Assembly (NCBI RefSeq): GCF_031769215.1 | Contig: NW_026781914.1 | Span: forward strand, 1-64,000 | DNA from: Ylistrum balloti | Lineage: Eukaryota | Length of the DNA: 64,000 nucleotides | Direction: 5' to 3' | Shown here: positions 38,266-52,119 of the stretch, in pieces | Position numbering within the stretch: position 1 is the first letter of the stretch | Layout of the letters: each line of letters begins with the position of its first letter | Notes under the pieces: generated by a model | What the model was told of the DNA's origin: nothing | The model's database searches: none | Seen by the model: the letters and a program-made list of their open reading frames with translations, nothing else | Translations under genes and position numbers: made by a program

Positions 38266-39333
38266 TTCTCAGCACTTACAGATCTGTAAAAGATCAGATA
38301 CATATGTCTCAGCACTTACAGATCTGTAAAAGATCAGATACATATTTCTCAACACTTACAGATCTGTAAAAGATCAGATACATATGTCTCAGCTGTTACA
38401 GATCTGTAAAAGATCCGATACATATTTCTCAGCTGTTACAGATCTGTAAATATCAGATACATATTTCTCAGCTGTTACAGATCTGTAAAAGATCAGATAC
38501 ATATGTCTCAGCTGTTACAGATCTGTAAAAGATCAGATACATATGTCTCAGCTGTTACAGATCTGTAAAAGATCAGATATATATTTCTCGGCTGTTACAG
38601 ATCTGTAAAAGATCCGATACATATTTCTCGGCTGTTACAGATCTGTAAAAGATCAGATACATATTTCTCAGCTGTTACAGATCTGTAAAAGATCAGATAC
38701 ATATTTCTCGGCTGTTACAGATCTGTAAAAGATCAGATACATATTTCTTAGCTGTTACAGATCTGTAAAAGATCAGATACATATTTCTCAGCTGTTACAG
38801 ATCTGTAAAAGATCAGATACATATGTCTCAGCTGTTACAGATCTGTAAAAGATCAGATATATATTTCTCGGCTGTTACAGATCTGTAAAAGATCCGATAC
38901 ATATTTCTCGGCTGTTACAGATCTGTAAAAGATCAGATACATATTTCTCAGCTGTTACAGATCTGTAAAAGATCAGATACATATGTCTCAGCTGTTACAG
39001 ATCTGTAAAAGATCCGATACATATTTCTCGGCTGTTACAGATCTGTAAAAGATCAGATACATATTTCTCGGCTGTTACAGATCTGTAAAAGATCAGATAC
39101 ATATTTCTCGGCTGTTACAGATCTGTAAAAGATCAGATACATATTTCTCGGCTGTTACAGATCTGTAAAAGATCAGATACATATTTCTCAGCTGTTACAG
39201 ATCTGTAAAAGATCAGATACATATTTCTCGACTGTTACAGATCTGTAAAAGATCCGATACATATTTCTCGGCTGTTACAGATCTGTAAAAGATCCGATAC
39301 ATTTTTCTCGGCTGTTACAGATCTGTAAAAGAT
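38266..39333. repeat. 40-bp minisatellite, ~27 highly homogeneous copies
   Basis: Unit gatacatatttctcagctgttacagatctgtaaaagatca; contains the perfect 14-bp palindrome ttacagatctgtaa. Confidence 0.97.
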
Positions 39334-40680
39334 GATACATTTGTGAGGTTGTTTACGAACATCAATTTACTGAGTTGTTCTCTTAATCTTGCAATTGTAA
39401 ACATTTTATTTCGTGTCTATTTTGATTATTTGTATTTAGGTGTTCCAATGTAAACTAGTTAAATCTGTTGTTACATTGTTAATCATGTTTGATGTCAGAA
39501 TAAAGTTCTATTGTGATGGCATTGTTCTATAGTTATTTAAGATTTTCCTGTGGTATTTACACATCATTACAGATAAATGCTATGACGGTAGGTAAACTAT
39601 TCTCCTGGGTTCGACATTCACCATGACGATGGACCTGGTATGATTTGATCTGATTTCATTACTCTTATTCCGGAAGTTTAAACATCTACGGCTTTATCGA
39701 CGACATACTTCATACAAACCTTGGTCAATCCAAATAAGTAATGTTACATTCGCTTATGAGAATCATATATATATATATATATAAACGGAATCATCAAACA
39801 AACTAACGAACTCAAGCACATCCAGCTTGCTTCATAACGAACAATATTTCTCAGTGAGATCACTATGGCAACCCAAAAATTTCCAATAATTTTCATCATT
39901 CAGCTTTTCTCGAAACCGGATGTTGCGAGTTTGTCATTTGTCGACATCTTACTCGAATGTCGAGATATTGGGATCTGTGACATGTATGTTGTATACATTA
40001 GAGCCAAACGATTCTTCTATTTCGTGCCCTAAAGACCTAAAGTTTGAAGATGAGGCGACTAAGGAAAATTGAACGTGGTCAAAAACTGTCAAAATCTAGA
40101 GCGTGCACATGCTCCATTATTCAATAAATTCAGTAATTTTCATGCATGTATGGTTATTTCAGAACCACAATAAGGTCAATTGTTCCGGCAGGGTAAGCGT
40201 CTTCTTCAGTAAAATATATTTTGTTTATCTAGAGCTGTGGTTTAACCTCAGACAATATCATCGATAAAGTGGCCAAGCCCATGTGATTATCGATAATCTG
40301 TTGATTTATTTACCCATGTATATCATAATACTTATCAAAATATTCGATAATAAACTATTAATATACTGTATCGCTACCCCGCTATAGGAACGATAGAATG
40401 GAATCAACGACTATTGTGTTCACTGAATTTATATGTGAGCTCTCTTGCGGTACCGTATAACAAGATTTTAACGGATATTTTGCAGTTTGAAATATTATTA
40501 ATATCCGAAAACAGTTCCCCTGGTCAATTTTTAAGAGTATTTTCTTCAAACTAGACTCCTATGATCTCTGTTTCGAGGTCTCCTTGATCACAAACAATTT
40601 TAGCCTCGTCTTTGGGTTTTGATCACCTCGTCAGATCCTGTACGTGTCCTTATCCATAATGATTATTGGGTATATTATTA

Positions 40681-41305
40681 GTTATGTAGTTTGCTAGTGA
40701 CCCCCTACAGGAATAAAGGGGTTCAGTCAGATTGGTAGGGGGTGAGGGCGAAGGGGTTCAGTCAGATTGGTAGGGGGTGAGGGCGAAGCCCTGTAGGGGG
40801 TCACTAGCAAACTACATAACGAATTTATTGCACCAAGGACCCACATAAATATATATATAATACGTCCCATCACATTTCCTGGCATCCATGTAAAAATGGC
40901 CAAGACATTCGTCCAGTCGGACTACATCGTAATCTTCAAAATCTGGGTTTTGCTGCTTTTCCACCAAATAATCTTTGAACACTTTAGCGGCCAACTTATT
41001 AGCTTTTAACGTCTTATCAGCGTTAAGTGCCAGGCGTTTTTTTTCCTTGTCTGCAGCTGTCGTCTGCCCGAACCGCCCAGCCATTTTTGATCCGAGTCAA
41101 ATAGGTGCTTCGTGTAGGGGAAACAACTCGTACTAGATAATAGCAACTTCTAGGATTCACTCTAGCCAATATTCCGACACGGAACAGAATGTGAATATCG
41201 CCAATCTGTGATTTGAAATTACGAAGTGACGCCTTTCAGAGATAATGGATGGCGGCCATTGCCCCCTATATATTCAGCTGCCCCCTATAGATTTATAGGG
41301 GGCAA
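40681..41305 (-). mobile_element. Truncated/non-autonomous Crypton-like (tyrosine-recombinase) element relic
   Basis: Minus-strand ORF from ATG 41084 (MAGRFGQTT...LGHFYMDARKCDGTY) is homologous to the N-terminus of module 6 and breaks off at ~40860. It is bounded by a perfect 31-bp inverted repeat (40681-40711/40790-40820) and a hairpin at 41279-41304. The element limits are inferred. Confidence 0.6.
40812..41084 (-). pseudogene. 5' fragment of a DUF3504/Crypton recombinase ORF
   Basis: Hand alignment gives ~42/73 identities with module 6 (RF..TT, KRL, AD.TLKAN, VF.DYL.EK, DFE, LGHFYMDARK.DGT.Y). The tail YIYIYVGPWCNKFVM is unrelated. Confidence 0.8.
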
Positions 41306-41320
41306 GCAACGTCCAATCAG
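41078..41320 (-). promoter_or_regulatory. Promoter-like region upstream of the recombinase fragment
   Basis: CCAAT at 41166, 41201 and 41313. YY1-like GGCGGCCATT at 41251-41260, and AAAAATGGCTG overlapping the ATG on the minus strand. Locally raised GC/CpG. Motif match only. Confidence 0.35.
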
Positions 41321-41829
41321 ATCAATGCATTCTAGTCCGAGGTGCAATAATATAAAATGAATGTAAGAATGATTTTAAAGTTTTCGAGCTCTCGTATTAT
41401 AGGTGTTATTCACTTGTTTGTCTTTCTTTTTATACGCGCTTCCTAGTGTTATCTTCATAGAAACTTGCTCTGGAAGCGTGTGTCTTCCGTTTTCCTACCA
41501 TCGTATCTGAACCAGCGAATATACACAGGAATGTGTGAATATAAGTACGTGACTTGACTTACACAATTTACCAACATGGAAAAGACACGATAAATAATAC
41601 ACTTCGTTGTAGTATTAGAAATTTGCTGTCATCAACAGGTCATTGTTTTTCCTGATTGCTATCAGAAAAGACTAAACATCACGGTAGTAAAACTATAGCA
41701 CCTATAGTAAGTGGTTCGAGGATGCACGCGACACGTGTAATAGCTTGGAGACGGATCTCACAGTGAGTACATTTATTCAATCATAGAGATATATAAAATA
41801 GAAAAATCAGAGACCTAATAGAGTTGGTA

Positions 41830-42510
41830 AAAAAACGATTGCATTGGCTTCGTCTAATTCTAGAGAGAAGTAATTTCAATTTGACTCGGCATTCTCTTCT
41901 TTTTAAAATATGAACATTCCATACTGGCTTGGCCTCCTCTTCCTGACATATAATTTCACATTGACATTGGCTTACTCTGTTTCTGAAGATACAAATTCCA
42001 ATTGACTTGACCTCTCCTTCCTCTAAAGATAAGAAAAATATTGTTGACTTCCTTTTTTTCTTCAGAAGTAATATCAAATTGACTTGGCCTCTCGTCTTTC
42101 TTGAAATAGACTTTCTCCATCTTAAGATAAATTATCATATTAACTTGGCCTATCTAACTTCATATTGACTCGGCTTCCTCTCCTTCAGGTATATTTTTAT
42201 ATTGACTTAGTTGCCTTTCTTTCATAAGATATAGATTAAAACTGACATGACCTGCTCTCCTTCTAAAGAAATAATGTCGAATTGACTTGACCTTCTGTCC
42301 TTCTTAAGATATACCGTCATTTTGACAAAGCTTACTCTCCTTGAGATATGTTTTTATATTGTCTCAACCCCCTCTCCTTCTTAAGATATAATTTCACGTT
42401 GGCTCGTCCTCTTTTTTCTTCTTGACATATAATTGTTTTGCTTCTTCTACGTTTAAATATGAATTCGAATCGACTTCGCTACATCTCCTTTTAAATGTAT
42501 AATTTCATTT
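41830..42510. repeat. Old, degenerate ~40-bp tandem repeat
   Basis: Recurring ttgac(t)tg(a/g)cctctccttc(t)taagatat..att units with heavy divergence. Confidence 0.6.
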
Positions 42511-43879
42511 CCATCAAATGCATATATCTTAGCTAAAATATCAGGACTTTCGAAAGCGCAATACCAAGACAACCCACTCCGATCAGTTTGGACTTCGATA
42601 AGGATTTATTCGCTGTGTTGCGGCATAATGTAAGGATTTTTTTTATGTTTACAACACCTCAGAGACGGAGTTACCATCGGCAGTCAAAATCATGTCCATT
42701 GGCTTTCACGGTCTTAGTACGGCTGAATAATCTTTTGGTAAAACAAATGCCCTAACGCAAATAGACACGGATATTCGACCGGAAAATGAGTTGATGGATT
42801 TCGTTTTTTATTATAAACAATAACATCTAAAAGACCATGAGGAAATAATGTCAGTGGTTCTTGTTAGCTCTGTGTTCAGATAAATGTTGTTATAAATTAG
42901 TATCAAAATCATTACAATATCGTCTTCGTAAGGATGATACATTGACAATTCATAATATAACGGGTACATAAGAGTATAAAGGAAATTTATGTTGCTTTTA
43001 ACGAAGAAGTATTTAAAGGACAAATATAGCCTGAAATGTTCGCCTTTTTTGCTTCATGGTATCGTAAACCTTGCTAATTAAAAACTTGTACACACGGAAA
43101 TATCACTGTGACATTATATTACTAATGAAAAGACTTTAATGTGCATCTTTAGAAACTCAGAAATGTTTTTTTAATATCAAATCTAATTGACGTCTTGGTG
43201 CCGGATGCAGGGAATGACACTATCAGAAAACGTAACAGTTATTATAATCATACCTACCGAAAGTAAGGCATACCTATGTTAATCTCATTCTAAAAACACA
43301 AATTTGTTATTATGCTCCAAGAACATCCCAAATTGAGAACAGAAAAGTGGCAACACTCTAAATTAAACATATCCAATTTGTTGAAATATCAATGTAAGCA
43401 ATAAATATTTAGTACAAGGTGTCGTTATCCTACAACAAATATCCATTACATTGCCAAACAATTATTTAGTTTGTTAGCATTAGCAATATGTGTTAAAAAG
43501 CCATAAAACAAATACCAAAGGCATGCCAAACTGGCACGATTTGTTCTTAACTTGACGTCCTTTTATTGTAGGCTTCGTGTCAGTATTTTATTGCCAAGAA
43601 TGAATAGCAATTTTGACGAAAGGAATCCATTTCCAACCAGATCTTAAATCAATCCACTTTTGGGGTATTGACTATCCTTCCGATTTTATGGAACTAGCAA
43701 TTAGTTCCTTAAATAGCAACTCGTGGAGAAAATGATAAAACAATCCCGAAGTAATTTTGAAATGTATACTCCAATGCTCCTATATAACGTAAACTGAAAA
43801 GGAAATTGTATCAGTCGTGTTTATTTTGATCAATAAATCATCGAACAAGATATGTTTATGAAACACTGTGATCCAAGTT

Positions 43880-44075
43880 GCAACAAAATTCAAATTAAAT
43901 GGTAAAAATTACCACTGGAAAGGTCTTGTCACAAGGAACACACATGCCAAATATGACAGTCCTACCTCATACGGTGCAATAGTTGTGGGCAAGGTTAAAA
44001 CTGACAACAGACAAACTATACAGCAGACAGCACAAAAAACAATATGTCCTCGACGTTTCAATTCGAGGCACGCAC
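43880..44075 (+). mobile_element. Fragment of a Helentron/HINE-like non-autonomous mollusc repeat
   Basis: Core ggtcttgtcacaaggaacacacatg..aaatatga, an acag-rich stretch and a 3' hairpin cctcga-cgtttcaat-tcgagg (44048-44068). Recognised from memory of bivalve repeats; not database-verified. Confidence 0.35.
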
Positions 44076-46015
44076 AGCCGATAGTCTGACCACAACCGTT
44101 ACATAAATTAGTACCATTTTATACAGCATAGATTGATATCACTTTTTTGAAAAAAAGTATTGATATAAAATCATGTTAAAAAATGTTTAAAAAAAAACAT
44201 GCTCAAGGGACATGATTTATTGATTAATTGACATGGATACTTTGTGCACGTGTTTGTTGTATTGCTGATGAATATTTAATTTATGACATTCAACATACTT
44301 GTATACATGGTATTATAACGCTTGGAGTTTGGTGACATTTTCGGGACAAGTGAAGCGCGTACGTTTTGTTTACATAAATTGTTCAATGCTTGTAAACTTG
44401 AATTCCTTCTGCTCTCAAGCTGAATGAAAGGTTCGTCGTGTATCCCTGCAAACAAGCTAAATCAGTATCGATTTAACGATTTGCTGGTTATCTTTGTAAA
44501 CCATATTTGTAAGCATCGATCAGTTAGATAGTGATAAAGTGGTTGAAATGTCATGTCTGATGAAGTAAAGACAATCACTTTCTTTGGGACTTGCTTGAAA
44601 CGCGTTTTCGATGAAGCAGAAGACGCTTACCATTCCAGACCACACAGTCTTATTTTCTTTTCAGTGGTATTCCTTTAAACCTTCATATTCGTCATCGTTT
44701 CATAAAATTTTATATAAAGATTCTGTTAAGATATAGGTATTTTCTTTCAACAATAAACGTTGATAAGCTGAATATAAATTTCCATATTGGTCCAGTTCTT
44801 GTATACCTTGTTCCCACTTGAGAACCCGTCGTCACTAACTTAGGTTGGCGAAGATTTACATCGTGGGTGTTGTCGATGAAGGATAAGACGCTTACTCTTC
44901 TGGAAGATATGGTCTTACTCTCTTTGTACTCTTTCAGATGTTTCCATGTAAATCTTATTTGTTCATATGTTGCCCTTGTTTAATTGAATATGCGTTTGGA
45001 TGATGATTGTGTTGACATGTTGGTATTTCCTTGGATTTATGGATAGTGAAAGGGTAGTGCTAAACTATTTGAATGAATAACTTTTCTTGACAATGGATTA
45101 GCTGTATGGTGGTCAAAAAGGTAATAGTACCCACCTGTTAAATTTAAAGTTCATACCCTTGCTTTCTTGTCGTTCTCTTTCTTTGTTGGTACTGGTGCAT
45201 GGTCTACGTGTTGGTGCGCCATGTTGTTATTGATTTCTATCGATAGAGGCTGACGTCGTGCCCACTGTTTCTTGGTATAAGTACGACAACTTAATGATAG
45301 TTGTCCGTGGTAACAGTTCCTAATTTAGGTCGAATATTAATGTCAACTCTATCGTTCAGGTGGCAGAACCCGACATTGTTATAGACGTGGTGAACGTTAT
45401 TAGTTCGCCTTCTAGTAACTACTCGATCGTTTAAGGCGCTGAGCAAACGTCATGGTGTAGGGCTGGATATCGAACAATGGGCGTACAGAACTTGTGACCA
45501 TCATGAGCACCTCGTTCTTTATGTTAAACAGCACAACGTTTCAGCAAGAGTAAGAACATCTATGTTATGTCAGGACCATCGCTTTCCCAAATTTCACTGG
45601 GCCCTTCTGGAAAAAGGTGGATATAAATGTCAGCAACTTCAAAGTTGAGGACCATTTACAGGAAGGAGAAAACTCGACAAGGCCTATGATTCCACGATTC
45701 CATTAGACGTCAGTGTCTTTTTATGTGGATTTTACGTATATTGAGAGGCTAGCGAAGTCTTGTCACGATACCTAAATGATATGGAGTCAATTTAGAGATA
45801 AAACAGATGTTGATCATTACTACTGATAAAGAATTGACAGTTTGAATGGTAATATCGGTACAATAATATAACGTTTTCGTTTTAATATAACGGAGGCTAG
45901 TACATAAACCTCACGTCATGCAACATATTTCATTAGTACTCCGTAATTCTAAAGCTTACACAGCCTCCTCATCATCAGCGTATATTAACACATTCGCATG
46001 ATAAATATCGACACA

Positions 46016-46975
46016 TTAAGTAACTATACTATATATACAATAATACACTGTATATACTAAGTAACTATACCACATATTCAATAATACATTGTATACACAC
46101 ATGAGATTGCTATACCATATATACAATAATACATTGTATACACACATGAGATTGCTACACCATATACACCATAATACATTGTATACACACATGAGATTGC
46201 TATACCATATACACAATAATACATTTTATACACACATGAGATTGCTATACCATATATACAATAATACATTGTATACACACATGAGATTGCTACACCATAT
46301 ACACAATAATACATTTTATACACACATGAGATTGCTATACCATATATACAATAATACATTGTTTACACTAAGTAACTATACAAAAATACATTGTATACAC
46401 ACATGAGATTGCTATACCATATACACAATAATACATTGTATACACACGTGGGATTGCTATACCATATACACAATAATACATTGTATACACACATGAGATT
46501 GCTACACCATATACACAATAATACATTGTATACACACATGAGATTGCTACACCATATACACAATAATACATTGTATACACACATGAGATTGCTATACCAT
46601 ATACACAATAATACATTGTATACACACATGAGATTGCTACACCATATACACAATAATACATTGTACACACACATGAGATTGCTACACCATATACACAATG
46701 ATACATTGTATACACACATGAGATTGCTACACCATATACACAATAATACATTGTATACACACATAAGATTGCTATACCATATATACAATAATACATTGTA
46801 TACACACATGAGATTGCTACACCATATACACCATAATACATTGTATACACACATGAGATTGCTGTACCATATACACAATAATACATTGTATACACTAAGT
46901 AACTACACTATATATACCATTATACACTGTATACACTCACTAAGTAACTATACCATATACACAATAATACATTTT
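46016..46975. repeat. 45-bp minisatellite in two blocks (~46085-46365, ~46387-46890)
   Basis: Unit atacattgtatacacacatgagattgctataccatatacacaata; the blocks are separated and flanked by ctaagtaactatac-like motifs. Confidence 0.95.
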
Positions 46976-49900
46976 ATCTTGCCACTGCCATTGTCAGAAT
47001 ACACTAGTCACATATTCGGCTGTATTTTAGCAAGTACAGAATGACTTTCTGAAATTACTTTAAAATTACGTTTAACAATGAAAATTGCTGTTGAAATATG
47101 AGAATTTTGTATGTTTTATAATAATGTTATTTACAGAAATTCCTAAAATCGCTGTCATATCCGTTGAAGTTTGGAATTATAATTCTGCGCGGAGCAATTT
47201 TGTTTCATTATTATTATTGCGAACGTCATCAAGTAAAATTCAGCGTAACGTCAACGTCAGGAATGATCTGAATTTCGCAATCATTATTTCTGATTTATCT
47301 CTCCGCGATTGCCCGCTTTGTCTTCCATTTTATTTTGGTTATGATTGTTCTGATCTTTGCAATTTCAATTTTTAAAATAAACCAGCTTTTCCTACTGCTC
47401 CAAAATTTATGACGATATACTCTACCTATAGGTACACATACCGACGTGTAAATGTATACCTTCAGTGATTTAGATACATACAGTGTGCACGTATATATGT
47501 TAATCTTCCAACAACAAATTCGTCTCTGCACGTGATAAATGCAAGCCTTGAACCATGCCAAGAGGCAGGCTTCTGAAAACACAAGGTAAATTGCTATGGA
47601 AGTTTAAGTAAACTTGTATACCTGTTTCGGAACACAGCATGACACGTGGTGCCACGTGCACCACACATGCACAAATGAAAGCTTCGTCTCAATATCAAAT
47701 TATACTCAGTCTAATGTGAGCTGTATTCTCATCAAAAATAGAATTACGTCTAAAAATTCACTCTGCTTTGTTTCGTTTATAAAACTAATAAATCCATCGT
47801 GATAAAACACACGTGCATCTGGTAATTAATCGACTTTCATTAGAGTCGTAATATGGTCGGTTGTCTCACCTGCTGGTCAGAATTTTCAAGGTTTGCCCCA
47901 AGGAGGCCATGAGCCACAGTCGATTGCATACATGATGAGGATAAATTGTTTGTAGTCTTAGATCGAATTTTGATTGTCCTACATACATGGATGACAGTAT
48001 GTTTATCTACAGTGTGATCTATATGACCCCCAGCAGACAGATGTTACTATCTGTGTATTCCATCCTTTTTAGTTTTTTTCGTGTGACTTAACACAGTTGT
48101 CGATAACATGCAACAATGTATACATTTAAGGTAGTGTCGCCATTTTTAAAACAACACAATGTATCATTATCGTAATTCTGCAAGCAATACACTGTGTACC
48201 TATTTAGACTGTTATTCATAATGACTGTACTGTGAACCGCTCTGGAGCTAGTCTGGCCAATGGCAGCACATCTCTATTGGATAGAAAGATCACGTGGGTG
48301 AATACATTTGCTCTAGACTGCAACAACAGGGCGAGTCTTGGCTCTGGTGGAAGCCATTGACGAAGGGAGACACGAAACATTTCAATGGAATAATACAAAT
48401 TGGAACTTTTTCGTTGCTGACAAAAATCGTTTTGGGAGTAGCTGTATTTGCTAATATACTTCAGTGTCTGGTCGTGCAGGATTTGTGAGGATTATTTATA
48501 GAAAATAGCGACTAAGGTAAGGGAGATATCTGTCTTTGATATATTGTATATTTCATACAATTTCCAAAAGGATTGATACAATGGTTTGTGTGAGGGTTTA
48601 AATATAATGTCGATAAGTGATTGTCATGTTCTCCTTTGTTAGTTGAACCTCTTTCGTGACAAAGTCAACACATAAATATTTTCATTTATAATTTATCCCG
48701 GGCAAAGAATTCAAGCGTCGCCATGTTTCTCTCCAAGATTCGTGGAAGCGAATTTTTTAAATCCACGAATACTGTACTTACATTTGCCTACATTTCATTA
48801 ACATCAATGTGCTTGGTAGTTTGATAATATTTTCTCGTGAGAAAAATACCACAAACAAAAGTATGTGCAAAATGAACAGATATTAAAAAACACTGGGCTT
48901 TTGCACACATTTAAGTGCAAACAGCATATGTGCAATGTCGCAACCTTATGTAAGTGTGCGGAGAGTGGGCGTGTCAATGCCATCTTCCGTTTTGCTTTCT
49001 AATATCGTGTTATGAAATGGAAGCTAAGTTGTTTCGAGATATCATTATAATAAAGATTCCGTTATCAGGCGGGATCGACATTCCGATCAACATTGCTTTC
49101 ATCTTCTTCATATCTTTTCCAAATGCGCATGCTCGAAACACATGTACTAAAAAGCCTTTTTATCAGTTCTGTTTGGACAGATAAACTTTAACTAATTCTT
49201 CTGTGATTTAAAAGTCTAGCCTTGATTTGTTGGTCTTCGAAAAAAAAAGTTTATTGGTGGAATGTTAAGAATTTTTTAAGAACTTTCTTGTTTGGTGTCA
49301 CTTTCACTAAACATCTTAACTCAGTTCATGACGTCAATTTTAGTACGAGATATTTTCCTGGCGTTCTATGAATTTTTGATAACCATGATTTCAGTTAAAC
49401 TATTCCTCTATATCATAGTAAATTATTGTCATTGTTTTAAGGGCACAACACCTTTAGGCGTATGGTGTTTTTCAAACAATCGTAAAAGCATGAATTGACA
49501 TAGCGTTATCCTTATATTATCAGGTTTAATGTGCACATTGGGATTGAAATCGAGACGATGGGGTTTGTAATCAAGGATGTAAAATACATAAATAAAATAC
49601 TTATGTACCAGGAAGGTGGGGTCGTATACTAGGACACTTAACACTTAACATGGAAAGTACTATCTGAACACATGCGTCCTCTTGAATCCTCAATCAGAGT
49701 TTTATTTGGAATGCTGGCATCTATGTACCATGATATTATTTAATTATACACGGTGTTTCTCATGCTTTAACACACATGTACATGTCTTAAATAACACGCT
49801 TAAAAAACAGGCATGCTCGTTATTATGAGCATTTTAAACATGACAATGACCTTTTGTTGAGATATGCGAGACTAAATTCCATATGGAAAAAAATACTACA

Positions 49901-51165
49901 TTGAACCATGGATTATAAATAGATAATTTACTGGTGCGGACATGTGGACTATAGGGCCTGGCATTAATATCTATATTTAGTTAAGGGTACCATACATCAT
50001 CACATATGTTGAAACATGTTATCTGGATTTATTATAAAGACCTGCTGGATATGAAATTAGTCATGTTTGGAAAATCTGGAAAAAAAATCATTGGAATGTT
50101 CACGTGTATTTAAAATTTTGGACCTATCGGTGCAGTTTTTACTCACTGACCCATAGGCGTTACACATCTGTCCAATCCATAGGTCATCATTTGCCGACAG
50201 GTGAAATGGATCGGATCGGAGATGATATGTCTAAAATTCCCGTACTATTAGTACGAAACCTTCCTTCTATGTAGGGAATCTTGGCCGTGTGTCATGTGTC
50301 AACATCCACTCATCTCAATTACGGTAACATCGAGATAATACAGGGATGTTTTCACATACAAAAAAGTGATGATTAATTCCGGAAAGTACGACTAACCACG
50401 TGTACCATTTGTATGATTTATATCCGTTGATAATTAACATTGGATTTAATGCATTTGAACTTTATGTTTTTGTATGACATAACTTTATGTATAACTCATG
50501 AGTCTGCCTCATCGTGAGATGGCAGACAGGGAGAGGGGTTAAGAAGGTTGAGTCACTAGTTCCCGGCTATCACTCCAATTCCTGTCATATAGTTCCAGTT
50601 TCTAGTCAATATCCAAGTATCTATTTTGCCAGTATGAATTCCATTATAGTATGCTTCTTTTTAATCACATATCAAGTAATTTCCGAGGATACAATGCAAT
50701 GTGTGCGGGAGGGGTGTTGTTTACGGACAAAGTCCCTGGGAGCTGTAGAAATTTTAATAATTGGAATGAAATGAATAGTAAATAAATCACGTGATTAATA
50801 GATATACCCGTCTTAATAGGAATAAAACGTATCGGATAACATGGTCAGAATATTACATATACCTATTCATGGCCCAAAAATCAGGACATATCATCGTTTC
50901 TTCTAGATACACGTACAACATACATTATATAATGTCTCGGCTACCTATCCATAAGTTTCCGACAAACACTTCTGTACAAGTTTATTTAGAAATATGACAG
51001 TAAAGTGGTGGCTTCCTTCTAAATACTGCGCTCACTAAGATTTCTCAACTACATTTTCACGCTTTTTGTCGGCAAATATTTCAATATTTTCAAACAAAAC
51101 AATGACATAAGAAATATGCTTTTACTGTCATTTGATTATAATTGAGAAAAAACTATATTGAAAGA

Positions 51166-51480
51166 ATCGGGATACAGCTAAATCGTTAATTAATCAGGAT
51201 ACAGCTAAATCGTTAATTAATCAGGATACAGCTAAATCATTAATTGATAAGGATACAGCTAAATCGTTAATTAATCGGGATACAGCTAAATCGTTAATTA
51301 ATCAGGATACAGCTAAATCGTTAATTAATCAGGATACAGCTAAATCGTTAATTAATCGGAACACAGCTAAATCGTTAATTAATCGGGATACAGCTAAATC
51401 GTTAATGAATCAGGATACAGCTAAATCGTTAATTAATCAGGATACAGCTAAATCATTAATTGATAAGGATACAGATAAAT
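51166..51480. repeat. 27-bp minisatellite, ~11 copies
   Basis: Unit ggatacagctaaatcgttaattaatca. Confidence 0.95.
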
Positions 51481-52119
51481 ATTTGATTAAACAGAATACA
51501 ACTTAATTGTTAATTAGAAAACGGTTCACAGCGTGAGCTTACTATTTCAAAGAATGTTCTGTAGACGTAATAAAATTTTATTCAAGAAGTAAAAGTGAAA
51601 TGGTATTGTATCGCTTTACACTGACACACTGTATCACACTGAATCACGTCCCACAGCGGTGTCACATACAGGGCTGAATACTAATGATCACACGTGCTCA
51701 TTTATTTATGTTTGAAAATAACACCTTGTTATGTAGAATCATAACTGTATTGGTAAAACATTATTTGTTCCCACGGCTCAGTTAAACCCTGTCAAATTCG
51801 TGGGACCTAACACCTGTGTGTAGAATCGCACGTGATTGATCCTATGCATTACTTATATACTAAGTGCCATGACTACATCAATTGTACCTGGGGCTGCACT
51901 GTATTTGCTATTGATGACTGTATGAGTATCATATTCTTAACGTTATTCATTAATTGATTTCTACAATTATAATCACCTATCTATATTTACCATCAGGATA
52001 GCATAGGTTTAGTCTTGATAACGCTGCGTGTGTCTTTGGCTGCAACCTGTGTTTGTCTATAGCCACCACAATCTAGATATCCCAGCATATATCTGTAGCT
52101 AGTGTCGGTCAAACCAATT

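Noticed and set aside
45300-45800. Possible decayed Penelope-like reverse transcriptase (FFMLNSTTFQQ, RYLNDM-like fragments)
   Set aside because: Multiple stops and frameshifts and no clear YxDD motif; needs a TBLASTX/HMM search.
46016-47044. Long ORFs on both strands (also 17301-17831, 24068-24346, 52441-52899, 55236-55933)
   Set aside because: They are translations of tandem repeats with periodic sequence and no splice or domain support.
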